Below, piece after piece: positions 23,776 through 31,667 of a stretch of 32,000 nt of DNA. The DNA comes from Candidatus Woesearchaeota archaeon (GTDB lineage Archaea > Nanobdellota > Nanobdellia > Pacearchaeales > GW2011-AR1). How positions within the stretch are numbered: position 1 is the stretch's first letter; each line of letters opens with the position of its first letter. The notes under the pieces are model-generated. The model was given only the letters and a program-made list of their open reading frames with translations, was not told the origin of the DNA and did not search any database. The stretch spans positions 15,017 to 47,016 of the forward strand of contig CAZCCD010000008.1 in assembly GCA_964497435.1 (NCBI GenBank), given 5' to 3'. The position numbers and the translations under genes are program-made.

Positions 23776-25707
23776 TTAACATCTTTGTCCTAATCTATTT
23801 CTAACCTCACTAACATCATTAAATGTAATAAACCCATCTGTGTTAATATCCAAATGTCCTCTACCTGTTAATGATTGTCCTTGATTATAAATAACTAATG
23901 CTAAATCAATAATATTTATGATTAAATCATCGTTTACATCTGCTTGAGCACAAGTCACTATGGGAATTCCAGGATTATATTCATACGCTCCAATGTCAGG
24001 AGCACTGCCGTACCATTCACGACAACCAGAACTATTAGGCCCTGGAGATGTACAGTGATATCCTTGAATCCAAGTTCCATTATCTATTGCAGGAGAGTTA
24101 GGGGCTGGTCTTAAGAAGTCTGGTGAGGAAGGGTTTGTCGAGAGGAATTGGGGATTAAGATTTAACGAGTTACTATCTAAACCTCCAGAACCAGAAACCC
24201 AACTAGCCAATGTATTGTAATTAGTTCCCAAATATCTAAAAAGAAGTGGTGATGATGGGTTGTAAAATAAATTATAATCAGAATCTAAGATAGTTCCAAC
24301 ATCCCAATATTCAATTTGATCTGTCGTCTCATTATAAATTATGTTATTTTTAAATTCAATATCTGTTAAATTTCCACCTCTAGCAAACAATCCTATACCC
24401 GCTCTATTATATACTGTGTTATGTCTTATTTTTGCATTTCTCACATTGTCCCCAACAAAAAAGTCTGCATACCCATACCCTGTTAAAGTTCCATAGTATA
24501 TTATGTTTCCTTCAATCAACAAACCATTAAGGTCCCATGCAATAGTCATAAATGTGAACTCTTTACTATTATGAATAATATTATTTCTGAATGTAACGTT
24601 AGAATTTAGTCTCTTTATAGGGAAACCTCCAATATTATAAAATTCATTTCCTTCAATCAAAGCACCATCTGTTCCATATAGTACTATTCCATCACCACTA
24701 TGTCCCTGTGAATTGCTTAATGCCGGGCCCATATCACTTCCTGTATCATGAATTGTATTATTTATCACTTTTAATCCTGGTTGAGGATCAGAGTGTCCAC
24801 GGAATACTCCTGCAGGATTTTGCCCAACTGTTCCATCTCCTGAAACCCACCCTATATCATTATTAATTACACTTATATATGTTTGACCTCCAGAAAAAGC
24901 AACTCCGTCAGATAAACTATGTCTAATAGTTAAATTTTGTATTGTAAAATAATCAAAATTATAATCAAATCCCGGAGGATAAGGATCCCAAGAAGACCAT
25001 GCAGCAACTCTTCTTGAAGAGCATTCAATAGTGTGTGTATTTGGATTGTCTGAGTTAAAAGGATAAATATAAATTCTGCCAGGTATCTGGTCATAATAAT
25101 ACTGGCCAGGAGAAGTTATATTTGGAACCCCAATACTTGCATCAAAATATTGGCTAACCAAATCAGGTCTTAAATACCAATTAACCGTATTCCCAGTGTA
25201 CTCCCAACAATCTGTCGTATTCATCATACAATTAAAATTACTCCCAAAAACAAAACAATAAGAACTTCTTCCTAAAAGAGATAAATCTTGTGTATATTCT
25301 TCTTCTCTTGTTTGCTCTGGATAAAAATTAGCATACCAAACATTTGTTGATGTGCAAGGATCAATTGCCGGATTACATTGTGTCCAGCCAGTCACATTTT
25401 CACTTCCTAAAAGTACAACTTGATTTCTATCTCCATAACCAGAATATACTGTATATTGGCTTGGAGTTCCTCCTTTTGGAAATAACATCTCTCTATACTC
25501 CCCAGGCATTATGTAAACAGTATCACCTCCAGCATGTCTTGTGTTGGCTGCTGAAATATTACATAGTGGTATTGCTAAAGTTCCTGGACCAGCATCATTA
25601 CATGAAGGATTTGTATTGCTTACATACCAAGTTGCAGCAGAAACAAAGTTTAGATTTACAAATAAGAATCCTAATACAAAAATCAACATTATCAGCTTTT
25701 TTAACAT
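23776..25707 (-). CDS. secreted right-handed parallel beta-helix protein with C-terminal dockerin-like module
   Basis: Signal peptide MLKKLIMLIFVLGFLFVNLNFVSA. Start-of-helix motif WYVSNTNPSCNDAGPGT...GDTVYIMPGEY. Many NNxI/HNxV beta-helix turns. End motif SPAIDNG...DIGAYEY. The last 58 aa are C-x3-DVNDDLIINIIDLALVIYNQG...DINTDGFITFNDVSEVRNRLG-x2-C, two dockerin-type Ca-binding repeats. Confidence 0.8.
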   Translation of the reverse strand: MLKKLIMLIFVLGFLFVNLNFVSAATWYVSNTNPSCNDAGPGTLAIPLCNISAANTRHAGGDTVYIMPGEYREMLFPKGGTPSQYTVYSGYGDRNQVVLLGSENVTGWTQCNPAIDPCTSTNVWYANFYPEQTREEEYTQDLSLLGRSSYCFVFGSNFNCMMNTTDCWEYTGNTVNWYLRPDLVSQYFDASIGVPNITSPGQYYYDQIPGRIYIYPFNSDNPNTHTIECSSRRVAAWSSWDPYPPGFDYNFDYFTIQNLTIRHSLSDGVAFSGGQTYISVINNDIGWVSGDGTVGQNPAGVFRGHSDPQPGLKVINNTIHDTGSDMGPALSNSQGHSGDGIVLYGTDGALIEGNEFYNIGGFPIKRLNSNVTFRNNIIHNSKEFTFMTIAWDLNGLLIEGNIIYYGTLTGYGYADFFVGDNVRNAKIRHNTVYNRAGIGLFARGGNLTDIEFKNNIIYNETTDQIEYWDVGTILDSDYNLFYNPSSPLLFRYLGTNYNTLASWVSGSGGLDSNSLNLNPQFLSTNPSSPDFLRPAPNSPAIDNGTWIQGYHCTSPGPNSSGCREWYGSAPDIGAYEYNPGIPIVTCAQADVNDDLIINIIDLALVIYNQGQSLTGRGHLDINTDGFITFNDVSEVRNRLGQRC

Positions 25708-28700
25708 GTTTGTCCCAACCTATTCCTTACTTCACTAACATCTTGATAATTTATAACAGAGTCTTGACTATTAACATTTAAATGAGCTCTTCCTGTTAAT
25801 GGCTGTCCTTGATTGTAAATTACTAATGCCAAATCAATAATATTAACAATTAAATCATCATTGACATCTGCAGTTTGACAGGTTATTGAAGGAGGTTGAA
25901 CACCTCCACCCATTAATCCAATTTCATAACCAGGATTATCACTTATCCATGCTCCTCTAAAATATCCATCTGTTGCAGGAGTTCTACATGGAGAAGTTGG
26001 AGTAAGTTTAAAATCGTTAGGTGTAAGACCTCCAGGATTAACAAACTGATCTGTTGTTATTAAACTATTTAAATCATAGCCCTGTGCTCTTATCTCTGCA
26101 AGTGTTCTTGAATTAGTTTGCTGTAAATAAAAATTATCTAAAGAAAAACAATTATAATTAGAATCATTCATCCAGGAATTGTCTTGTAAATAAATCATTC
26201 TCGTGCCTTGAACAGCATTATCTCTAAACCTGTTTCCTGATGCATTTTCATCCACATAATCAATTGTTGCATAACCTGTACCAACATTGTAAAATGTATT
26301 ATGTATGTATGTATTATTTTCATAAAGTCTATCAAACTCCCACTGAGTTCCAACACATCCTGCAGCTCTTTGTCCATGAGGATCCTCAACACCATTTGGA
26401 GAATTAGTAATAATATTTTGATAGACTCTTGCATTGTCAGTTCCCATGCTTATACCGTATCTATACATATCATGAATATAATTTCTATAAATCTCAATTT
26501 TTGGTGTATCTCCTGGCTCAGGACAAGCAGCGGTTTTATATCTAATTCCAGTGTTAAAATTATAAATTTCATTATTGTAAATTTTGTGGTTATTTGATTC
26601 AAACATCATTATTCCTGGATTATTATGGAAAGGTTCTCCTACTTTGAATCCGTCATGGATAGTATTATTTCTTATAGTTGTATTATAATTCCACTCACTC
26701 ATTTTAATTCCTGCAGGATTTCCTCCAGCTCCCCCGCAGTGGTGTATGTCATTGTTTTGGATTAATACATTAGTAGCATATTCATGCAACCAGATACATG
26801 AATGTTCTTTTCCATCTGTTGTATTATAATCTCTTATTTCCAAACCCTCAATTGTCCAATTATCTATAAATTCTAATTTAATAACACTCATAGACTCTCC
26901 TTCAGCATCTAAAATTGGATGATGTCCTGGATAAGCTTTTATTCTTACATTATCTGCAGCTGGATAAGCACCAGTATTCATTGAAGCAGCATCACCGCCA
27001 TAAAAAAAGACACCCATTCTTGAATTAAATCCACTACAACCCGCATTATTACCATTTGGGATAGAAGTATTAATTACCCCATCCATAATATAAACAACAT
27101 CATTTGTTGCTAAAGGTGTCCAACCAGGAGGAACGTTTCCCAAACATCCAACATAATATGAATTTATGTTATTAAATGTCTTCCAAGGTCTACTAAAAGA
27201 TCCATTTCCTGTTGCATCATTTCCATTTACTGGGTCTATGTAACGACATCTTCCACCTTGAGTTGCTTCGCAAGTAACACCACCTAAAGGATTATACTCA
27301 TAAGCTCCTATATCGGGAGCAGAGCCATACCATTCACGACAACCAGATGAATTTGGTCCTGCTGATGCACAATGATATCCAGGAATAACTACACCAGCGT
27401 CGATAGCTGGAGAGGTTAAAGGATTTGGCCTTAAAAAATCAGGCGATGAAGGATTTGTTGAGAGGAACTGAGGGTTTAGTTGTTTAGAATTAATTTCTAA
27501 ATCAGGTCTTAATGTTCTAAACTCCGATAAAGTGTAGTGTGCATCTGAAGGATTTGCGCATTCACTAAATGCACCACTGTAGTCAGTACACCAAAATATA
27601 ACATCATTCTCAAAACTGTCATAATAAAGATTGTTGCTAGAGTTATATTCTGGAACTAACTGATTCCAAAACACAGCAGTGTTTTCCGGAGGACCACTAC
27701 CTCCTCCAAAATTTACTATTATGTTATTAAAAGAAGATACATTTTTAATCTCAGACCCTTGAGAAGATTTAAGCAGTATTCCCGTGTTAAATTCGTAAAA
27801 TGCATTGTTAAATATTTTGACATCATGTATAATGTCTTGGTCATAATTTCCCCCACTGGCACCGCAAGATTGAAATACATCATTATGGAGAAATACTCCA
27901 ACATTCCATATCCCATAAAAAATATTTTCATAAATATCTGCTTTTCCAGCTTCATGAGAATTTGAGCCATAATCACAATTTAATCTGTATGCTTCACCAG
28001 CATTAATGTATTTATTTCCTCTGACAGTAGTTCTTCCTGGAGTTCCTACTCTAGTCGAACCTTTAAATGATGTTCCTGCAGGCACATCCTGAAAAATATT
28101 GTCCTCAATGGTTGCATTATTATGCCGATATATAACTATCGCCCCGCAATTCATAGCTCCACACATACCACTTCCATCAGACTCGTGTGTTACGTTATAT
28201 ATGTAATTTCCCCTTATGAGTAGATTTGTAGTATCTCCACCCTCGTCTGGTACACGCAATCCAGCATGGTTACTGCCTCCACTTCCCACAGTATCGTGTA
28301 CAACAGAATCTTGAACAGTAACTCCAATTGATGGCCCTACAATTATTCCTCCTCCAAAGCACTGTGTAAATTCCATATGGTCTGTAGTAACATAATTAGT
28401 AAGGCCGGCGCATCTATTCCAATAATCTCCATCATAAGATGAAAGCAATATAGAATTTGTTGGACCGTTATGTTTTCCCATTACTATCGTCCTTGGATAA
28501 TCTGGATGCCCTTTGAATATTGTTGGATTTCCCAGAGTCCCGCCATTCTGAGGTCGCATGGTCATTCCCACTCCTCCTTCACCACCCTCTATAGGCGCTT
28601 CATTGTAAACTCCTCCTAAAAAAATAACAATATTTCCTGACAGAGCTGTATTTGCCTTTCCCATTGTGCACCACGGCTGTGCATATGTTCCAGCCCCAGC

Positions 28701-28928
28701 ATCGCTACAACTCGGATTTATATTATTTACATATCTAAAAGTTCCCGCAGGACAACTACTATAATAATCCCCCCTAAACCACACCCCATTTGCTCCATTT
28801 CCAGTATCACAACAATAACCGCTTCCATCAGGATATGTTTGACTTCCGCAGGAGATGACGGCTGAGACAGAGTTCAAATTAACTAAAAAAATTCCTAAAA
28901 ATAAAATTAAACTCACCAACTTTTTCAT
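25701..28928 (-). CDS. secreted protein with two tandem right-handed beta-helix modules and C-terminal dockerin-like module
   Basis: Signal peptide MKKLVSLILFLGIFLVNLNSVSA, then a Cys-rich N-terminus. Module 1 ends ...LNPQFLSTNPSSPDFLRPNPLTSPAIDAG...DIGAYEYNP. Module 2 begins RYIDPVNGNDATGNGSFSRPWKTF. The last ~59 aa (CQTADVNDDLIVNIIDLALVIYNQG...VNSQDSVINYQDVSEVRNRLGQTC) are a paralog of the downstream gene's dockerin. Its stop overlaps the next gene's start as ATGTTAA. Confidence 0.8.
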   Translation of the reverse strand: MKKLVSLILFLGIFLVNLNSVSAVISCGSQTYPDGSGYCCDTGNGANGVWFRGDYYSSCPAGTFRYVNNINPSCSDAGAGTYAQPWCTMGKANTALSGNIVIFLGGVYNEAPIEGGEGGVGMTMRPQNGGTLGNPTIFKGHPDYPRTIVMGKHNGPTNSILLSSYDGDYWNRCAGLTNYVTTDHMEFTQCFGGGIIVGPSIGVTVQDSVVHDTVGSGGSNHAGLRVPDEGGDTTNLLIRGNYIYNVTHESDGSGMCGAMNCGAIVIYRHNNATIEDNIFQDVPAGTSFKGSTRVGTPGRTTVRGNKYINAGEAYRLNCDYGSNSHEAGKADIYENIFYGIWNVGVFLHNDVFQSCGASGGNYDQDIIHDVKIFNNAFYEFNTGILLKSSQGSEIKNVSSFNNIIVNFGGGSGPPENTAVFWNQLVPEYNSSNNLYYDSFENDVIFWCTDYSGAFSECANPSDAHYTLSEFRTLRPDLEINSKQLNPQFLSTNPSSPDFLRPNPLTSPAIDAGVVIPGYHCASAGPNSSGCREWYGSAPDIGAYEYNPLGGVTCEATQGGRCRYIDPVNGNDATGNGSFSRPWKTFNNINSYYVGCLGNVPPGWTPLATNDVVYIMDGVINTSIPNGNNAGCSGFNSRMGVFFYGGDAASMNTGAYPAADNVRIKAYPGHHPILDAEGESMSVIKLEFIDNWTIEGLEIRDYNTTDGKEHSCIWLHEYATNVLIQNNDIHHCGGAGGNPAGIKMSEWNYNTTIRNNTIHDGFKVGEPFHNNPGIMMFESNNHKIYNNEIYNFNTGIRYKTAACPEPGDTPKIEIYRNYIHDMYRYGISMGTDNARVYQNIITNSPNGVEDPHGQRAAGCVGTQWEFDRLYENNTYIHNTFYNVGTGYATIDYVDENASGNRFRDNAVQGTRMIYLQDNSWMNDSNYNCFSLDNFYLQQTNSRTLAEIRAQGYDLNSLITTDQFVNPGGLTPNDFKLTPTSPCRTPATDGYFRGAWISDNPGYEIGLMGGGVQPPSITCQTADVNDDLIVNIIDLALVIYNQGQPLTGRAHLNVNSQDSVINYQDVSEVRNRLGQTC

Positions 28929-29031
28929 AAGACGTTTTAACTTCCTGCCGTAAACGGCTTTGACGGAATCTATTTTTGAAAACCTTTTCTAAAGGTTTAA
29001 ATTCCAGTCTTTAACTTACTGATACCAAGCT

Positions 29032-29038
29032 CCCCCCC
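29032..29038. repeat. C7/G7 homopolymer tract adjacent to a TTATAAG TATA-like element
   Basis: The sequence tCCCCCCCttataag lies in the 227-nt divergent spacer between the beta-helix operon and the 29156 gene. It is the only G/C homopolymer run of this length I noticed. Confidence 0.6.
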
Positions 29039-29155
29039 TTATAAGTATTTCTGTTAAATAAGTTAATAGATTATATAAAGTTAATTACATTTATTGTGTT
29101 TTCTTTTCTATGACTGAACCAATATATTTATAAAAGAATTTTATATTTCTGAAGC

Positions 29156-29524
29156 ATGATAAACAAAAGAATAATTCTGTTGGTGTTTTTATTTGGAATT
29201 ATTTTTATCTCAAGTTTTTCTTTTGTTTTAGCACAAGAAAATCTAAGAGATCCAGAAATGGAAGGGTTTGAAGTAGAAAAACTAATATCCTTGATAAATG
29301 GTATCTCGTCATTGGTTCTTTTTACGCTTACCTTTGTTGCTTACAGGAGAAATAAAAACTCAAGGCTTTTATTTGTTAGCTTTGCCTTTGCATTATTTGC
29401 AATAAGGAGCCTCTTAGTTGCTTACGAACTCTTTGGAAATGAACTTCCATTTGTAGATCCAATTACAGTTAGCCTTGACTTTGTAACTATGTTGAGTTTT
29501 TTCTTTGGCATATTAAAGAAATAA
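29156..29524 (+). CDS. small membrane protein (signal/TM plus 3 TM helices)
   Basis: 122 aa. FVAYRRNKNSRLLFVSFAFALFAIRSLLVAYELF. TTTATAAAAG lies about 25 nt upstream of the ATG (leaderless-type promoter). Confidence 0.5.
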   Translation: MINKRIILLVFLFGIIFISSFSFVLAQENLRDPEMEGFEVEKLISLINGISSLVLFTLTFVAYRRNKNSRLLFVSFAFALFAIRSLLVAYELFGNELPFVDPITVSLDFVTMLSFFFGILKK

Positions 29525-29539
29525 ACCTTAATTAATAAA

Positions 29540-30070
29540 ATGGAAGAGAACTTGAGTTTTAAAGAGAGAGAAATACTTAAACTAGAAAACAGGAGAAAAA
29601 TTTACGAGCTAGTTAGAAAAAATCAAGGTCGTCATTTTAGAGAAATTGAAAGAAAATCTATAATGCCTTATGGAACTTTAAAATACAATTTGAATTTTCT
29701 TGTTAAACATAATATTTTGATTGAAAAAAAAGATAAAAATAATCTAAGATATTTTACAAAAGGTCTTAGTTTAGAAGATTCAAATTTAATGAGTTTGCTT
29801 AGACAGGAAAGTGTAAGGAAAATTTTATTATTTTTAACATTAAATAAAAATCCGAAACATAAAGATATTGTTGATTTTGTTAAACTCTCTCCTTCTACAG
29901 TTTCCTGGCATTTAATAAATTTAACAAGGAAAAATATGATTGAAAAAAATAAAACAGGATACACTTTAATTATTGACAAAAATAATATCCTGAGATTATT
30001 GATAACCTATAAAGAATCTTTCTTAGATTCTTTAGTCAATAAAACCATAGAAATGTGGGATACGAGGTAA
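29540..30070 (+). CDS. transcriptional regulator with two winged-helix (ArsR-like) units
   Basis: Unit 1 is RRKIYELVRKNQGRHFREIERKSIMPYGTLKYNLNFLVKHNILIEK. Unit 2 is VRKILLFLTLNKNPKHKDIVDFVKLSPSTVSWHLINLTRKNMIEK, whose STVSWHL resembles the ArsR recognition helix. Confidence 0.65.
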   Translation: MEENLSFKEREILKLENRRKIYELVRKNQGRHFREIERKSIMPYGTLKYNLNFLVKHNILIEKKDKNNLRYFTKGLSLEDSNLMSLLRQESVRKILLFLTLNKNPKHKDIVDFVKLSPSTVSWHLINLTRKNMIEKNKTGYTLIIDKNNILRLLITYKESFLDSLVNKTIEMWDTR

Positions 30071-30074
30071 AGAT

Positions 30075-30090
30075 GGTTTTACCAAAAACC
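30075..30090 (+). terminator. hairpin GGTTTT-ACCA-AAAACC 5 nt after the regulator stop codon
   Basis: Perfect 6-bp stem with a 4-nt loop. It is followed by an A-run rather than a T-run, so terminator function is uncertain. Confidence 0.3.
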
Positions 30091-30136
30091 AAAAATTATA
30101 TATATTTGTTATACCTTATAATTATAGAAAAAAACA

Positions 30137-30160
30137 GGGAAAACAGGGAAAGGGCGAGGG
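30137..30160 (+). other. canonical G-quadruplex motif GGG-N6-GGG-N3-GGG-N3-GGG
   Basis: GGGaaaacaGGGaaaGGGcgaGGG, with G-tracts at 30137-39, 30146-48, 30152-54 and 30158-60. It includes a tandem ACAGGGAAA x2 (30134-30151). Confidence 0.5.
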
Positions 30161-30261
30161 TTTTAATCCTCACCTCTTTAGACATACAGGAAAGGCATCA
30201 CTAGTATAAATACCTTTCTGTAGAGATTTCTCTGTTAGTTGAAAGGAGGAAAACCTTAAAA

Positions 30262-30483
30262 ATGGGAAAACATAGAGGAAGTAATAAGAGGCTAGATAGA
30301 AGGAGATTTAAGAAATATGTCCCTTATTACCAAAACTATTTTAATCCTGAAATAGGTCTAGTTCCTTTAGCTGACGACGAAATTATCGATGAGGAAGACA
30401 ATGGTTGGTATGAAAGACTTGTTAGCAAAAGGCTCGCAAACAAAATAAAAAATAGATTAATTGGTATGAGGGTGCAACACTAA
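30262..30483 (+). CDS. small basic hypothetical protein (73 aa)
   Basis: AGGAGGA lies 10 nt upstream of the ATG and TATAAATA at about 30207-30214. No family recognised. Confidence 0.4.
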   Translation: MGKHRGSNKRLDRRRFKKYVPYYQNYFNPEIGLVPLADDEIIDEEDNGWYERLVSKRLANKIKNRLIGMRVQH

Positions 30484-30590
30484 TCATACATTTATAAGGG
30501 AATATATTTTTATTTATGAGAATGTATCTTTAGTTTGAACTTTAAAAATCATCTAAATCACCTTTAAATAGGGTTCTGTAATTAATAATC

Positions 30591-30950
30591 TTAAGGGCAA
30601 TAAGATTCATTGGTTTTTTCTATTTCACATTTATTATTTATGCAAATTGGTTTTCCACATCCGCAATCTAAGATGCTTTGACAAACAGTTGTGCAAGCAA
30701 TATTAGAACAATCGGGGGCATAATTTTTATTGACAACCTCACTAGCATGACAACAAGTTGCTGAAACACAATCTTCATCTACTTCACAATATTTCTCTTC
30801 CGGACCAAAAACATCATTATCCCCAATCAAATCTCTGTTTCTGTCTTTAAATTCAGAATCAACCTTATCTCTAAGATAAATTATAGAAAACATAATTGAG
30901 AACAATACGAATGCAACAGAAAAACTAACAAAAACCCACCATAATTTCAT
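30591..30950 (-). CDS. membrane-anchored Cys-rich extracellular protein
   Basis: N-terminal TM/signal anchor (LWWVFVSFSVAFVLFSIMFSIIYL), then 14 Cys in the last ~65 aa (CEVDEDCVSATCCH...CSNIACTTVCQSILDCGCGKPICINNKCE...YCP). Confidence 0.5.
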   Translation of the reverse strand: MKLWWVFVSFSVAFVLFSIMFSIIYLRDKVDSEFKDRNRDLIGDNDVFGPEEKYCEVDEDCVSATCCHASEVVNKNYAPDCSNIACTTVCQSILDCGCGKPICINNKCEIEKTNESYCP

Positions 30951-31203
30951 GAAACTAAATAGTTAAGTAAATATAAATACTTTTCTTGAATTTAAACCTA
31001 TTTTACAATCTAACAAAATATCTTTATTTTGGTTTATATATTAATTCTTTGAATAATATATTACATATCTAAATTGTAGACAATATTATATAAATTAATT
31101 ATAATTGCATTATTTTTCAATATCTTATTATTATATTAATATGAGCATTAAGCAAATTAAATTTAAATTAATTGATTTATTTCATACTAAAACAGATTTT
31201 CTT
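30951..31203. repeat. intergenic module, copy B (upstream of the Cys-rich protein gene)
   Basis: TTTTACA at offset 51 and TTATATATTAATT at offset 84 from the start codon, exactly as in copy A. The distal block 31100-31156 is ~80% identical by eye to 3231-3284. Confidence 0.5.
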
Positions 31204-31413
31204 TTATTTTTTCTTTCCTTTTCTATGCCTGGAAAAAATCTCAACTAACCTATCATCAGGTTTAACACTTTCAATAGAACCTGTTTTGGTGTTTACAACA
31301 CTTCTTCTTACAATATCCTCAATCTGCTCTCTCAAAGAAAGCAAGTTCTTTTTCGCCCTTCTATTAAGAACTTTTTTTGCTTCATCACTTATTGTAATTG
31401 TCATTGAAGGCAT
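31204..31413 (-). CDS. ribbon-helix-helix (CopG-like) DNA-binding protein
   Basis: The N-terminus TITISDEAKKVLNRRAKKNLLSLREQIEDIVRRSV fits the beta-strand, helix, helix pattern of RHH proteins. Confidence 0.5.
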   Translation of the reverse strand: MPSMTITISDEAKKVLNRRAKKNLLSLREQIEDIVRRSVVNTKTGSIESVKPDDRLVEIFSRHRKGKKK

Positions 31414-31419
31414 TTTAAT

Positions 31420-31650
31420 CTATAAAAGTCTGCTTAACAAATTTCTTTTAGTTTCTTGACTTACACCATATAAAATCATTGAGCCATTTCTCCTTAATAC
31501 AATGTTTCCGCCCCCACTTATCACATAAGTGCGTCTTACATTACTGTGGGCATTATCACTATCTATTCTAAAACTTTCTGAACTCTCAACCAACATTGTT
31601 AGTGCTTTTTCGTACTGAGATTTTGTCAAATGATGAATTTCTACGCCCAT
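31420..31650 (-). CDS. hypothetical protein (76 aa)
   Basis: ORF with ATG and TAG, 6 nt upstream of the RHH gene. No family recognised. Confidence 0.35.
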   Translation of the reverse strand: MGVEIHHLTKSQYEKALTMLVESSESFRIDSDNAHSNVRRTYVISGGGNIVLRRNGSMILYGVSQETKRNLLSRLL

Positions 31651-31667
31651 TTTTCTTATCTTTGTTT

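Noticed and set aside
23975-27480. Diversity-generating retroelement (template/variable repeat) explanation for the repeated ~190-nt segments in the two beta-helix genes.
   Set aside because: Mismatches between the copies are of all types (transitions and transversions at every base), not adenine-specific. No reverse transcriptase gene is present in the window.
25344-28000. Several 65-145-aa ORFs in other frames or strands within the beta-helix genes (25344-25781, 25541-25738, 26195-26434, 26301-26597, 27719-27976, 27759-27965).
   Set aside because: All are nested in two long ORFs with clear signal peptides, repeats and conserved motifs. They are typical shadow ORFs.
29668-31459. ORFs 29668-29979 (-) and 31172-31459 (+, TTG start).
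   Set aside because: They are antisense to the double-wHTH regulator and to the RHH/76-aa genes respectively. They have no motifs and a composition typical of shadow frames.
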